Under the pieces are notes generated by a model. It ran no database searches and had not been told where the DNA came from. It was given only the letters and a program-made list of their open reading frames with translations. DNA of 64,000 nt from Dimorphilus gyrociliatus (lineage: Eukaryota > Animalia > Annelida): the NCBI GenBank assembly GCA_904063045.1, contig CAJFCJ010000005.1, forward strand, positions 883,988-947,987, read 5' to 3'. Positions 1-13,400 of the stretch are shown here, one piece after another; within the stretch, counting starts at the first letter, position 1, and each line of letters opens with the position of its first letter. The translations under genes and the position numbers were made by a program.

Positions 1-662
1 TATCACTCACTATATACATATACTGTCAAGTTACCATGAAAAACTTTCGAGAAGAACGGATGACATTGTTGAAATTCAATTGAAAATAATTTGTACAATC
101 ATATCTCTTCTCTTGTGGATATACTATACAGTACTATACGCTCAAAAATACCCATATTAAATATATGCAAAAAAGGAACAACACAAACAGAACTTGAGTA
201 AAGAGAAAAGTAAATATGACAAAACACTTGCAATGTTTATCACTTTCTAATAAGAAAACAATTTATCATTTTCATTATCAATGATAGATTTAAAAATTTT
301 AGGAATATTTAATCCTTTAATAATCGGAGAGAAATATTTACACTAAAAGTAAAAAAACGAAAGAAATCAATAATACATCGTCTCATCAATTAACTCTGAA
401 TTGAAGAATACAAAGGTTAATCAATATTAATATTAAAAACACCAGTAACAACTACTTGTAGATTTATCAAATCAAAACATAACAAATCCCCAAAAATATA
501 AACATTACATTAAAAAAAACAACTGTCACCAACTTTAATCTATCTTTTCCTAAACCCACTACAACTTTAAAATTATACAATAGATATTCTCAAAATTCAA
601 AACGAACACTATTAAAAGATTGAATAATTTAATGTCATCATTAAGAACATTTCCAACAACAG

Positions 663-3600
663 ATTGTAAATTTGATGAATATCCAAGAAGATATCTCAGA
701 GGCTATGACAGCGAAAGTGTTAAAGTTGAAAGTAAAGACGAATGTTGGAAAATATGTGAACAGGATGATAATAAACATTGCCAGTAAGTTCGTCAAAAGA
801 TTGATATTTCTGCATTTTCCACAAGGAACATTACCCAATGTTCTCTTAAAATATTTCAGAGCTGCAGATTTTAATGGCAATAATAACATGTGTTATCTAA
901 ATTCTGGTACAAAGGATACATACAAAACTGCATTTTTAATTGCCAATAAATGGTCATATTTCCAGAAAAACTGTGGAGAAAAGCAAGGTAACGTTGTTCT
1001 GTTATTAAACATTACAAGATTAAAGCGTTATCAATATTTACTCAGGATGTGGACAATTTGAAACATTCCCCATGAGATACTTGAATGGTTTTGACCAATC
1101 TTCAATATCGGGAATAACCAAAGATCAATGTTTAGACATGTGTGCACAGGATAAAAATTGCTTGTAAGTAATCTGAAAAAACTAAACACCAATTCATTCT
1201 TTTCAAAAAATCATGACAACAAATTCAGATCATTTGACTACAACATTCCATCCAAATATTGTTATTTGAACCTTGAAACGAAAGATACAAAATATTCATC
1301 CTACATTGCAAACAAAAACTTTGAATATAATCATAAAATATGCAAAAACGAAACAAGTAATTTATTAAACACAAACAAAATATCAAATTGAATAATCAAT
1401 CATTTCTTCCTATTCTTTCAAAAAGGATGCGAACAATTCGAAACATTCAAAAACAGATATTTATATTTAAATGACTTGACAAATGTTGTCACTTCAACAG
1501 CAGATCAATGTCAACAACTTTGTGCTAAAGATAAAAAATGCCCGTAAGTTTTCAGTTCCCTAATCAGAAATTAATCTACAAAGTTTCTTGTCAAAAGTTC
1601 CGTCGATTATTATATTCCTTCGAAAACCTGTTACATTAATCTGAAATCGAAAGAAACGGCCAGGAAATCATATTTGGCAAACACAAACTACATTTATCTT
1701 CATAAATCTTGTAAAAATGAAGAAAGTAATATTATTTAAAAAATCAAACGCTTTACTGACTAATTTATGACATTTATATCCAGGATGCGAGAAAATATTG
1801 GAATACGAAAACAGATATTTGAATGGTTTCCAATTAACAAATGTTGGAAAACAAACTCTGGAATCTTGTAAACAAATGTGTATAAAAGATAAAGATTGCA
1901 AGTTTGTGATCCGAAAAGTCTTTATGTTTTCATTTTATAACGAATTGAAATTTTGAACAGATCAGCTGATTTTAACACTGCAAATAAGTATTGTTATATA
2001 AGAACTGAAACGAAAGATTCAAAGCCGACTTCATATTTGGCGTCCTCTTCTTATATTCATTTAGAAAATAATTGTGAAGTTGAAGAAAGTAAGTTTTTCA
2101 ACTAAACTCTTCTGTTACTTAACAATATTGAAAATTGCATTTACAGGATGTGAAAAGTTTCAACATTTTACACAAAGACGAATGAATGGTTATTCACGAA
2201 CCAACTTGTTGGTGAAGGATTTTGAAGAATGTAAGAAATTATGTGCTGAAGATAAGAATTGCCCGTAAGTTCTTTATTCATTTGATTGTCTTCTCTATTT
2301 GACCAGTTTCCATTTGACTCTTTAATTACAGTGCAGCCGGATTTAATAATGCAAATAAATATTGCTATTTGTACTATGAAACGAGATATACGAAGCCTTC
2401 TGCATACATCATTACTGCAGGATGGGAATATATTCATAAGAACTGTAATGAAACTGTAAAAGATAGTGAGTAGCATTATATTGTTCCTATTCAGTCAAAA
2501 TATTGATTACACCAAAAATCAGATTGCACGTCGGAGAGACATTTAACAAGATATTTGAGAGGAAATGACATAACACATGTTGCTGGACAAACTGAAGAAT
2601 CATGTAGAAAATTATGTGAAGATGATGACGTCACTCATTGCAAGTAAGTGTTTGCCTCGAAATCGTCAACTCAATAAGTGTTTTTATGATGTGTCAACTT
2701 TTCCAGATCTGCCGATTACAACTCTAACAATAAATACTGTTACTTGAATAAAGAAACGAAAGAATCGAAATCCTCTGATTATCTCTACGCGAATGGATAT
2801 GTTTATCTCGAAAGAACATGCAAGCCATCTGGTAACTTAATTCTGTTCTATTTCTATAGTTTTCCAATATATTACTTGTAACAAATTAGTCTATCCTGGA
2901 TGCAAAAAGTATGATTCGTATCCAAGAAGATATATCACAGCTTATAATATAGTTTCGGCAACCAAATACACATTGGCAATGTGTATGGATCTCTGTAACA
3001 AAGATGAGAAATGCTTGTAAGTGACAATTTTCATTTCTTTACATCATTCTCAACAGCAATTGTTGTTTATAGATCATTAGATTTCTACAATAAAACAATG
3101 ACATGCAACATAAAATCTGAATCGAAAGATACAAAGTACAGTTACTTTAAAACCGATGCCAATTCTGTTCATTATCATAAAAATTGTGAAGCAGAGACAA
3201 GTAAGAAATAGTGATGTTTTAAGAGAAGATTTTCATAAGTTCTCCTATCATTTCAGAATGTACCGATATTCAAGAATCACCATCGAGATATTTGAGTGCC
3301 TACATACATGCTTCAGTAGTAACAGATAGCTTAGAAGAATGTAAAGAACTTTGTGCTCAAGATCGAAACTGCTCGTAAGCTTTACTTATAAAGATATTAA
3401 ATTAAACGTTATCCCTTTTGAATTGAAATTTTGTGTTTCAGTGCTGGATACTTCGTTAAATCTTCCAAATCGTGTTCAATTAGTCTTTTCAATAAATATG
3501 ACAAACCAGCCTATTGGAAACTAGCTGCGGGATACATCTATATTCATAAGAATTGCTCTGTTCAACCAAAAGAAGGTTGGTTATTGATCATTTCTAATTT

Positions 3601-6600
3601 TTTAAATATCAAAATTTTGTATTCGGAAAATTGAATTGAATGAATAATTATACAGATTGTAAATTTGATGAATATCCAAAGAGATACCTTACAGGGTATG
3701 ACAGCGAAAGTGTTAAAGTTGAAAGTAAAGACGAATGTTGGAAAATATGTGAACAGGATGATATTAAATATTGCAAGTCAGTTGTTTTCTTCGAATTTCT
3801 CAATAATTACCATGTTTGATGTTTAAAGGGCCGCTGATTTCAATGGAAACAACAATATGTGTTATCTAAATTCTGGTACAAAGGATACATATAAAACATC
3901 ATTTTTAATTGCAAACAAATGGTCATATTTCCAGAAAAACTGTGGTGAAAAGAAAGGTAATTTAATATTTCGTTTTAAATCATAACTCCTAGTGAATATC
4001 GCTTACCTCTTGATAGGATGTGAACAGTTCGAAACTTTCCCAATGAGATATTTGAATGGATTTGACCAAGCGTCAATATCAGGAATATCAAAAGAGGAAT
4101 GTGAAGAAATGTGTGCAAAAGATAAAAACTGCTTGTTAGTATTATTTTGTAAAAAATTTTCTTTTTAATGCAAATTATCTTTGATATTTTTCCAGATCAT
4201 TTGATTTCTATATCCCTTCGAAATATTGTTATTTGAGCCTGGAAACTAAAGATACGAAATACACATCATATCTCTCTTCTAACAACTATGAATACAACCA
4301 AAAACTGTGCAAAAATGAGACAAGTGAGCTTTGCTAGTTTTTTCTCATATTTTCATTTCTTTAATCAAACAAAAATATAAAATATTTTTACTTTCAGGAT
4401 GCGAGAAATTCGAAAGATTCAATAATAGATATTTAAACGGAAATGATTTAACAAGTATTGTCACTGGAACTGTTGAGAAATGTCAGGAATTATGTGCTGA
4501 AGATAAATCATGCTCGTCTGTGTTACATCTTTTTTTGATTCGCATTGCATCATATAATGATATATCATTTAAATGTAAATTTTTAACTGCTCAATTATAG
4601 ATCTGCCGATTTTTATATACCTTCGAAAACTTGCTATTTGAATTTGAAATCCAAGAATACGGCTCGAACATCATATTTGGCAAACACAAATTACATATAT
4701 CTTCACAAAACCTGCGAAAATGAAGAAAGTAATATCACAAGTCCCTTTTATCTTTCTTATATGAAATAAAACATATTTCGATTACAGGATGTGACAAGAT
4801 ATTTGAATACGAACATAGATACTTGAATGGGTTCGAATTAACCAATGTTGGAAAACAAACATTGGAATCTTGTAAACAAATGTGTATAAAAGATAAAGAT
4901 TGCAAGTATGTGTAATTTTAATATAATTGAATATCTATTCTTTAAATGATCTGATCCGAAAAGTCATTATGTTTTCATTTTATAACGAATTGAAATTTTA
5001 AACAGATCAGCTGATTTTAACACTGCCAATAAGTATTGTTATATAAGAATTGAAACGAAGGATTCAAAGCCGACTTCATATTTGGCGTCCTCTTCTTATA
5101 TTCATTTAGAAAATAATTGCGAAGTTGAAGAAAGCAAGTTTTTCAACTAGACTCTTCTGTTACCTAACAATATTAAAAAATGCGTTTACAGGATGCGAAA
5201 AGTTTCAACATTTTACACAAAGACGAATGAATGGTTTTTCACGAACCAACTTGTTGGTGAAGGATTTTGAAGAATGTAAAAAATTATGTGCTGAAGATAA
5301 GAATTGCCCGTAAGTTTTAAACTTTTGTTTTTTAGAAAGTGTATTAGGTACGAACGAAATATTTCAAAGTCTGTAGTATTTTGGAGAAAAATCGGTAACA
5401 AAATTTAATAATTTGATTTTACTATAACCTACAGATTACTCTAAAAGGTTAACAAGCAGATCGTTACTTTTCTAATAAAATTAAGACATTTTTGTCCTCA
5501 AAAAAGACCCTAATATCTTTTTTCGTGTTGTCTAAATTTTCATAGTGAGCCCTTTAGATGTGATCCTTTAATTTTTCTTAAAGAATACTGTCAGATATTA
5601 TCACATTAATGATATATGAAGCATGTGAAATAATAAGCATCACTGAACTAGAAATCTCTGTTATAAAGAGACTAGTTAGAGGTCTCACATTGCCATACAA
5701 AATATGCATCTTTTTTCCTGGTTAAATTTGTGTAACTTTTTTCTTAACTACTTCTGATTATCAATTTTTCTATAGAGTTGATTGTTTCTCTCTACACTAT
5801 GAATTTCATATGAATTTTACATGAATGATAATAGAACATTGAACACAGCAGTTTCACAGCCATGGACATGAATTACCCTTATTTACACCTAAATTCTAAC
5901 GTAATGGCTTAACCAAACAAAATTTTTCACAAGGAAAAAGTACAAATAGTACAAGACAATTGAAGAGTGACATTAGCAACATTAGCATTAACTAGGCGTT
6001 TTTGAAATAAAAGCAAAGTTTATCAAATATTTCATTCGAAATTGATATTAAAAGAATCTTGACTATGATAAAATTTTCACACTTAGAGCCGCTGGTTTCA
6101 ACAATGGAAACAAATATTGCTACTTGTACTATGAAACGAGACATACAAAACCGTCTTCTTATATTATTACTGCAGGATGGGAATATATTCATAAGAACTG
6201 TAACCAAACTGTAAAAGATAGTGAGTTTTGTAATATTGTTTTGTTTCAATTAAAAAGTTGATTATTCAAAAAAACAGATTGCACATCAGAGAGACATTTA
6301 ACAAGATATTTGAGAGGAAATGACATAACATATGTCGCTGGACAAACTGAAGAATCCTGCAGGAAGTTATGTGAAGATGATGATGTGACAAATTGCAAGT
6401 AGGTTTTTCACTAGTTGAAAATAGTACATTCTAATTATTGTTAATTATCTTTTGCTACTAAAAATCACTTTACAATTTTAATGTGGTTTAGATCTGCCGA
6501 TTACAACTCTAACAATAAATACTGTTACTTGAATAAAGAAACGAAAGAATCGAAATCCTCTGATTATCTCTATGCGAATGGATATGTTTATCTCGAAAGA

Positions 6601-9600
6601 ACATGCAAGCCATCTGGTAACTTAATTCTTTTTGATTTCTACAGTTTTTTCAATGTATTACTTTTGACAAATCAGTCTATCCTGGATGCAAAAAGTATGA
6701 TTCGTATCCAAGAAGATATATCACAGCCTATAATATAGTTTCGGCAACCAAATACACATTGGCAATGTGTATGGATCTCTGTAATAAAGATGAGAAATGC
6801 TTGTAAGTGACAATTATCATTTCTTTACATCATTCTCAACAGCAATTGTTGTTTATAGATCATTTGATTTCTACAATAAAACAATGACATGCAACATAAA
6901 ATCTGAATCGAAAGATACAAAGTACAGTTACTTTAAAACCGATGCCAATTCTGTTCATTATCATAAAAATTGTGAAGCAGAGACAAGTAAGAAATAGTGA
7001 TGTTTTAAGAGAAGATTTTCATAAGTTCTCCTATCATTTCAGAATGTACCGATATTCAAGAATCACCATCGAGATATTTGAGTGCCTACATACATGCTTC
7101 AGTAGTAACAGATAGCTTAGAAGAATGTAAAGAACTTTGTGCTCAAGATCGAAACTGCTCGTAAGCTTTAATTATAAAGATATTAAATTAAACGTTATCT
7201 CTTTTGAATTGAAATTTTGTGTTTCAGTGCTGGATACTTCGTTAAATCTTCCAAATCGTGTTCAATTAGTCTTTTCAATAAATATGACAAACCTGCCTAT
7301 TGGAAACTAGCTGCGGGATACATCTATATTCATAAGAATTGTTCTGTTCAACCAAAAGAAGGTCGGTTATTGATAATTACTAATTTTCTAAATATCAAAA
7401 ATATGTATTCGGAAAATTGAATTGAAAGAATGTAATATACAGATTGTAAATTTGATGAATATCCAAGACGATATCTAAATGGGTATGATAGTGAAAGTTT
7501 GAGAGTTGAGAGTAAAGAAGCTTGTTGGAAACTATGCGAAGAAGACGATATTAAACATTGCAAGTCAGTTGATTATTTGAAATGTTGCTATATTTAACCT
7601 TTTTAATATTTATGAACTATTTTTGAAATTCAAAGAGCCGCTGATTTCAATGGAAACAACAATATGTGTTATCTAAATTCTGGTACAAAGGATACATATA
7701 AAACATCATTTTTAATTGCAAACAAATGGTCATATTTCCAGAAAAACTGTGGAGAAAAGAAAGGTAATTTAATATTTCGTTTTAAATCATAACTCCTAGT
7801 GAAAATCTTGTCTCTATAGGATGCGAGGAATTTGAAACATTCCCATCGAGATACTTGAATGGACTTGATCAAGCTTCGATATCATCAGTATCAAAAGAAG
7901 AGTGCCAGGAAATGTGTGCAATAGATAAAAACTGCTTGTACGTTTGTTTTCATTTAAGAACTAAATACATTGCTAAATAGTCATATCTTTCTTTCAGATC
8001 ATTTGACTATAACCTTCCTTCGAAATATTGTTATTTGAGCCTTGAAACTAAAGATACGAAATACAACTCATATCTCTCTTCTAACAACTTTGAATATAAT
8101 CAAAAACTTTGTAAAAATGAAACAAGTATATTTCATTCAAACTCCTTTAATTGTAGATTTTTAAAGATTTAATATCAATGAAATATCTTCATTTACAGGA
8201 TGTGAAAAATTTGAAAGATTTAATAATAGATATTTGACCGGAAATGATTTAACAAGTATTGTCATGGAAACAGTTGAAAAATGTCAAGAATTTTGCGCCA
8301 AAGATAAATCATGCCCGTTTGTATTATGTTTTTTTTAATAAATTTCATGTCATATTGTTTGAGAAATATTTTAAAATGTATTTTCTAAATTGCGCATTTA
8401 TAGATCTGCCGATTTTTATATACCTTCGAAAACTTGCTATATCAATCTGAAATCCAAGAATACGGCTCGAACATCATATTTGGCAAACACAAATTACATA
8501 TATCTTCACAAAACCTGCGAAAATGAAGAAAGTAATATCACAAGTCCTTTTTATCTTTCTTATATGAAATAAAACTTATTTCGATTACAGGATGTGACAA
8601 GATATTTGAATACGAACATAGATACTTGAATGGGTTCGAATTAACCAATGTTGGAAAACAAACATTGGAATCTTGTAAACAAATGTGTGTCAGAGACAAA
8701 GATTGCAAGTCGGTGAATTTAAATAGAATTGATTATTGATACTTAAAATGATATGAAACCAAATACAGATCAGCTGATTTTAACACTGCAAATAAGTATT
8801 GTTATATAAGAACTGAAACGAAAGATTCAAAGCCGACTTCATATTTGGCGTCCTCTTCTTATATTCATTTAGAAAATAATTGCGAAGTTGAAGAAAGCAA
8901 GTTTTTCAACTAAACTCTTCTGTTACTTAACATATATTGAAATTTGCATTTACAGGATGTGAAAAGTTTCAACATTTTACACAAAGACGAATGAATGGTT
9001 ATTCACGAACCAACTTGTTGGTGAAGGATTTTGAAGAGTGTAAGAAATTATGTGCTGAAGATAAGAATTGCCCGTAAGTTTATAGTTCATTCATTTGTTT
9101 TGCGTAATTGAGCAGTTTTCATGTTGCTGATATGTTAATTACAGTGCAGCTGGATTCAATACTGCAAACAAATATTGCTATTTGTACTTTGAAACGAGAA
9201 AAACTAAACCTGCTTCGTTTATCATTACTGCTGGATGGGAATACATCCATAAAAATTGCAACGAGACAACAAGAGATAGTCAGTTTTTCTGTTGAAACGA
9301 ATTCTATATCTTAGATAGCGTTTTTTATTTTTTTCTGTAGATTGTACTTTTGAGAGACAGCCATCTCGATATTTGAGTGGAAACGATAGAGTGTCTGTCA
9401 GCGGACAAACAGAAGAGTCATGCAGAAGACTTTGTGAAGAGGATGATGTTCATAATTGCCAGTAATTGCTTTAGGTTCAAAAGTTAAGTTTTGTTTAAGG
9501 AAGGTTTTATTTGTAGAGCGGCTGACTTTAATTCCAATAATGGCTATTGTTATTTGAATAAAGAAACGAAAGATTCGAAGCCTGGCTCGTATGTTTACGG

Positions 9601-10405
9601 AAGTGGTTGGGTTTATCTTTACAAGAGCTGCAAAGCTGAAGGTAATATGCTGTGAAATTGTAAGTTACTCAATAATTTCAATATTATTTTGTTGCAGTTG
9701 TTGCTGGATGTAAAAAGTACCGAGTTTTTCCGAAGCGAGTTATGTCAAGTTTTGTCATAGCAACACTCACAAAGCAAACTAACGAGACGTGTATGGAATT
9801 GTGTAACAAAGATAGTAAATGCTTGTATGTATCAATATTTTATAGAGTTGTAAAAACATGTATCATTTCTTTTCAAGATCTTATGCCTTTTTCCCGAATA
9901 AAAACACCTGCACTCTCTATTCGGAATCAAAAGATACGAAATACAATTATTTTAAAGCTGATATCACCGCCATTTATAATCTTAAAACTTGTAAAGAAGA
10001 GAAAGGTTTAAAGATTTTTATTGCAAATATAAAATTGTTTGTTTGTATTTTGTCCTAACTTTTCTACTATTCCTTTGTAGTTTGCAAAGAATTTGAAGTT
10101 TTCAACTCGAGATACATTTACAGCAATTACCAAACCAACTTTGTTGCAACATCTTTGGAAGAGTGTCAAGATGTTTGCGCTGCCGATAATGGTTGCTTGT
10201 ATGTATTGTAACAGTTGGAAAAACTTTCTCCGTATTGTTAGTGACGACTGCATAATTATGTCATTCCATACCAGGTCAGCTGATTTCAATGGAGCTAACA
10301 AGTATTGTTATCTAAGTACCACAAATATTAACAAAAAGAAAGCTTGGCGTATTGGTGCTGGTTGGACCTATTTACACAAAAATTGCGGCTTGAAGCGTCA
10401 AACCA
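663..10405 (+). repeat. Intragenic tandem triplication of an 8-module block (A-H): copy 1 663-3575, copy 2 3656-7361, copy 3 7443-10405 (eighth module diverged)
   Basis: The same module order ABCDEFGH recurs. About 2707-3650 and about 6492-7440 are near-identical including introns; 3829-3995 vs 7636-7800 and 4601-4880 vs 8404-8685 are near-identical. Confidence 0.92.
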
Positions 10406-13400
10406 GTAAGTGAAGAGTGTTTAAAGATTAATGTTTAAAAGAATAATAACCTTTTCAGACTGTACGTTCGTTGAATACAAGGGAAGATATCTGTATAATT
10501 TATATAAGGAATCTATTGGTGGACAAACTAGCGAAAGTTGTAAGGAGCTTTGCGATCAAGACGTTATCAATCATTGCAAGTAATGAAGTCTACATTAATG
10601 CACTATCTTTCATTTTCGCTCTATAATGATGCTCTTTTAAGATCCTCCAACTTCGCTATATCATCTAAAACTTGCTATTTGAACTACGAGAGTAAAACGA
10701 CTAAACCGAACGTTTTCTACGGTTCCGATAATTATATATATTGGCATAAAAATTGCGGAGAAGAAGAAGGTTTAATTAAAGATTTATAGTTGAATTTTGA
10801 ATGATTTCAAGAGGTTTCTTTTTTTCATCTTTAATTTTAAAGGTTGCAAGAAATTGATTGAATATCCTAAGAGATATTTGAATGGATTTGATCAAGCAAC
10901 GATTAATAAGCTATCTTTGGAGGAATGTAAATCAAGGTGTATTTTGGATTCTGCTTGTAAATCTGCCGATTACGATACAAAAAGTCAAACCTGTCGTCTA
11001 AGTCTGTTCAATAAAGACGACAAACCCGGCGAACTCAGAGTATCAAATGACGTAATCTACTTGGAGAAATCTTGTAAAAAACCCGAAAAACGTATGTGTA
11101 GATGTTAATTTTTTAAAACTGATAAAAACGGAAGCATTCTCATTATTTTCAGTTTGCGATAAGTTTGAAGAGTACCAATCAAGATATCTGGTTGGAAATG
11201 ATCAACACTCAGCAGCAGGCATAACGATCGATGAATGTAAAAAGTTCTGCGCTGAAGATAAACATTGCTTGTTAGTTATACACAACGACAATATAGATAA
11301 ACAATTCACCAAACTATCCAAATAACTGTTTTTTATCATTTTTCCTTTCACAGATCTGCTGATTATCACACACCTTCTAAAACATGCTATTTTAGTCTTT
11401 CGAGTATAGACAAACAAGGAAAATCTTGGGCTTTAGATTCCACTAGAATATATCTTCATAAAACTTGCGTACCGAGAGAAAAATCCAGTAATTAATTAAA
11501 CGTTCTCTTCCTCTTCCTAAACAACTATAATTTACAATTAATTAATTTCAGATTGCACATTTGTCGAACATAAATCGAGATATTTAAACAGTCTCTATAA
11601 GGAGTATGTTGCTGGACAGACGAAAGAAAGTTGTAAGGTTCTATGCGAGCAGGATGTTGTAAACAATTGCAAGTTTGTATTTCATCAATTTACCTCATTC
11701 CCTCTTATTTAATATACTTTTACGTTTTCTTACAAACGTCAAACAATAGGTCAGCTAATTACTATAATAAGTATTGCTATTTGAACTACGAAAGTAAGGA
11801 TACGAAACCAAAGAGTTATCTTGCCGGTGTGGGATATACTTATTGGGACAAAAAGTGCTCGAATGAAGATGGTATAAAACATAAAAATCTTAATACATTC
11901 ATACTTTAAAACATTCAAACTTTAATATTTGCAGTCTGTAAGACAATGATTGAGTACAAGTACCGATACATTTCCGGTTACAATCATGTTTGTCTCAACA
12001 ACCAAAATCTTCAGGATTGCAAAGACTATTGTATCGATGACAAAGCTTGCTTGTAAGTTTAAAAAGTAAATTTCTATGTGCTATAACTTAGAAACGTTGT
12101 TTCCATTTCTCTTCTAGATCAGCCGAATATTACACGAACAATAAGCAATGCTGTCTCAGCCACGAGAGTAAAGATACACAGCCGAAATCCTATATCGCCT
12201 CTCCTACTGTTATATACCTACAAAAGAGTTGTAAAAATGAAACTAGTAAGTTATTTAATTGAAAACGTACGCATAATTAATATTTAAATAATTTGATTTC
12301 TCGTAGGTTGCAAAAAATTCGAAATTTTCAATAGTCGAAGAGTAACTGGCTACGATCAAACATCTGTTGTTCTTCCTACTAAGGAGAGCTGCCAGAAACT
12401 TTGCGCCGAAGATAAAAATTGCCCGTACGTTGTCCTATTAGCTGTATTCTTTTACAGATTATTATTTCTATTCAAACTTTAATTGAAAATAAAGGTCTGC
12501 CGATTACGATATCGGTGGAAAGAAGTGCTATATCAATAAGGAAACCAAGAATACAGTTCACGCCAACTTTCATACTATTAAAAATTGGATCTACTTCCAT
12601 AAGACATGCGAAAATGAGACACGTAAACCTAAATTTTTAACAAATACAACTATTTCAGTATATCTCTGATGTTTTAGGTTGTACAACCTTCGAAGAATAT
12701 CCATTTAGATATATTAATGGTCTAGATCAAACTTCAATTGCTGGACAAACTAAGGAAAGTTGCTGGGCACTATGCAGTCAGGATAAGGATTGCCCGTAAG
12801 TTGGAAAATAGTTCAAATTGTAACAACAGTTACTAAATCTTACATTTCTTTCCATTCAGATCGGTCGACTATGTTGCAAGCACTAAAACATGCTATTTAA
12901 ATTCAGTAACTAAGGATACTAAACCAGCAAGTTGGTTATTAAGTAAATCATATACATATCTGCATAAGAGCTGCAACATTCAACCTGACGATGGTCTGTT
13001 TACAATAAAGTAAATGACATAGTTAAAAAAAAAACCAACTTGTATAACATTTAGGTTGTAAATTTGAGGAAATTAAATCTACTTATCTATCAAGTCTTGA
13101 CTCTAGTTGGATACATGGTCTAACTAGTGAACAATGTAGAGATCTATGCAAAAAGGACGATGTATTAAATTGCACGTAAGCTAGAGATAATTTATCAATG
13201 GTATTACATAGATATCTTTTTATATTAAAACATTTGTGAATTTTATATAGGTCTGCCGACTATAACACTGGGAATAAATGGTGTTATCTAAATAAGGGTT
13301 CAAAGGATACACATCCTGCAAATTACATATATAATAAAGACTTTGTTTACTGGCATAAAGATTGCGATAATAGACCAGGTACCTACTATTCGTAGTTAAT

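Noticed and set aside
2-161. Open frame with a hydrophobic stretch (LKIICTIISLLLWIYYTVLYA) as the possible signal exon of the PAN gene
   Set aside because: No in-frame ATG in the window and no phase-1 donor to join exon 663; the only GT falls in phase 0.
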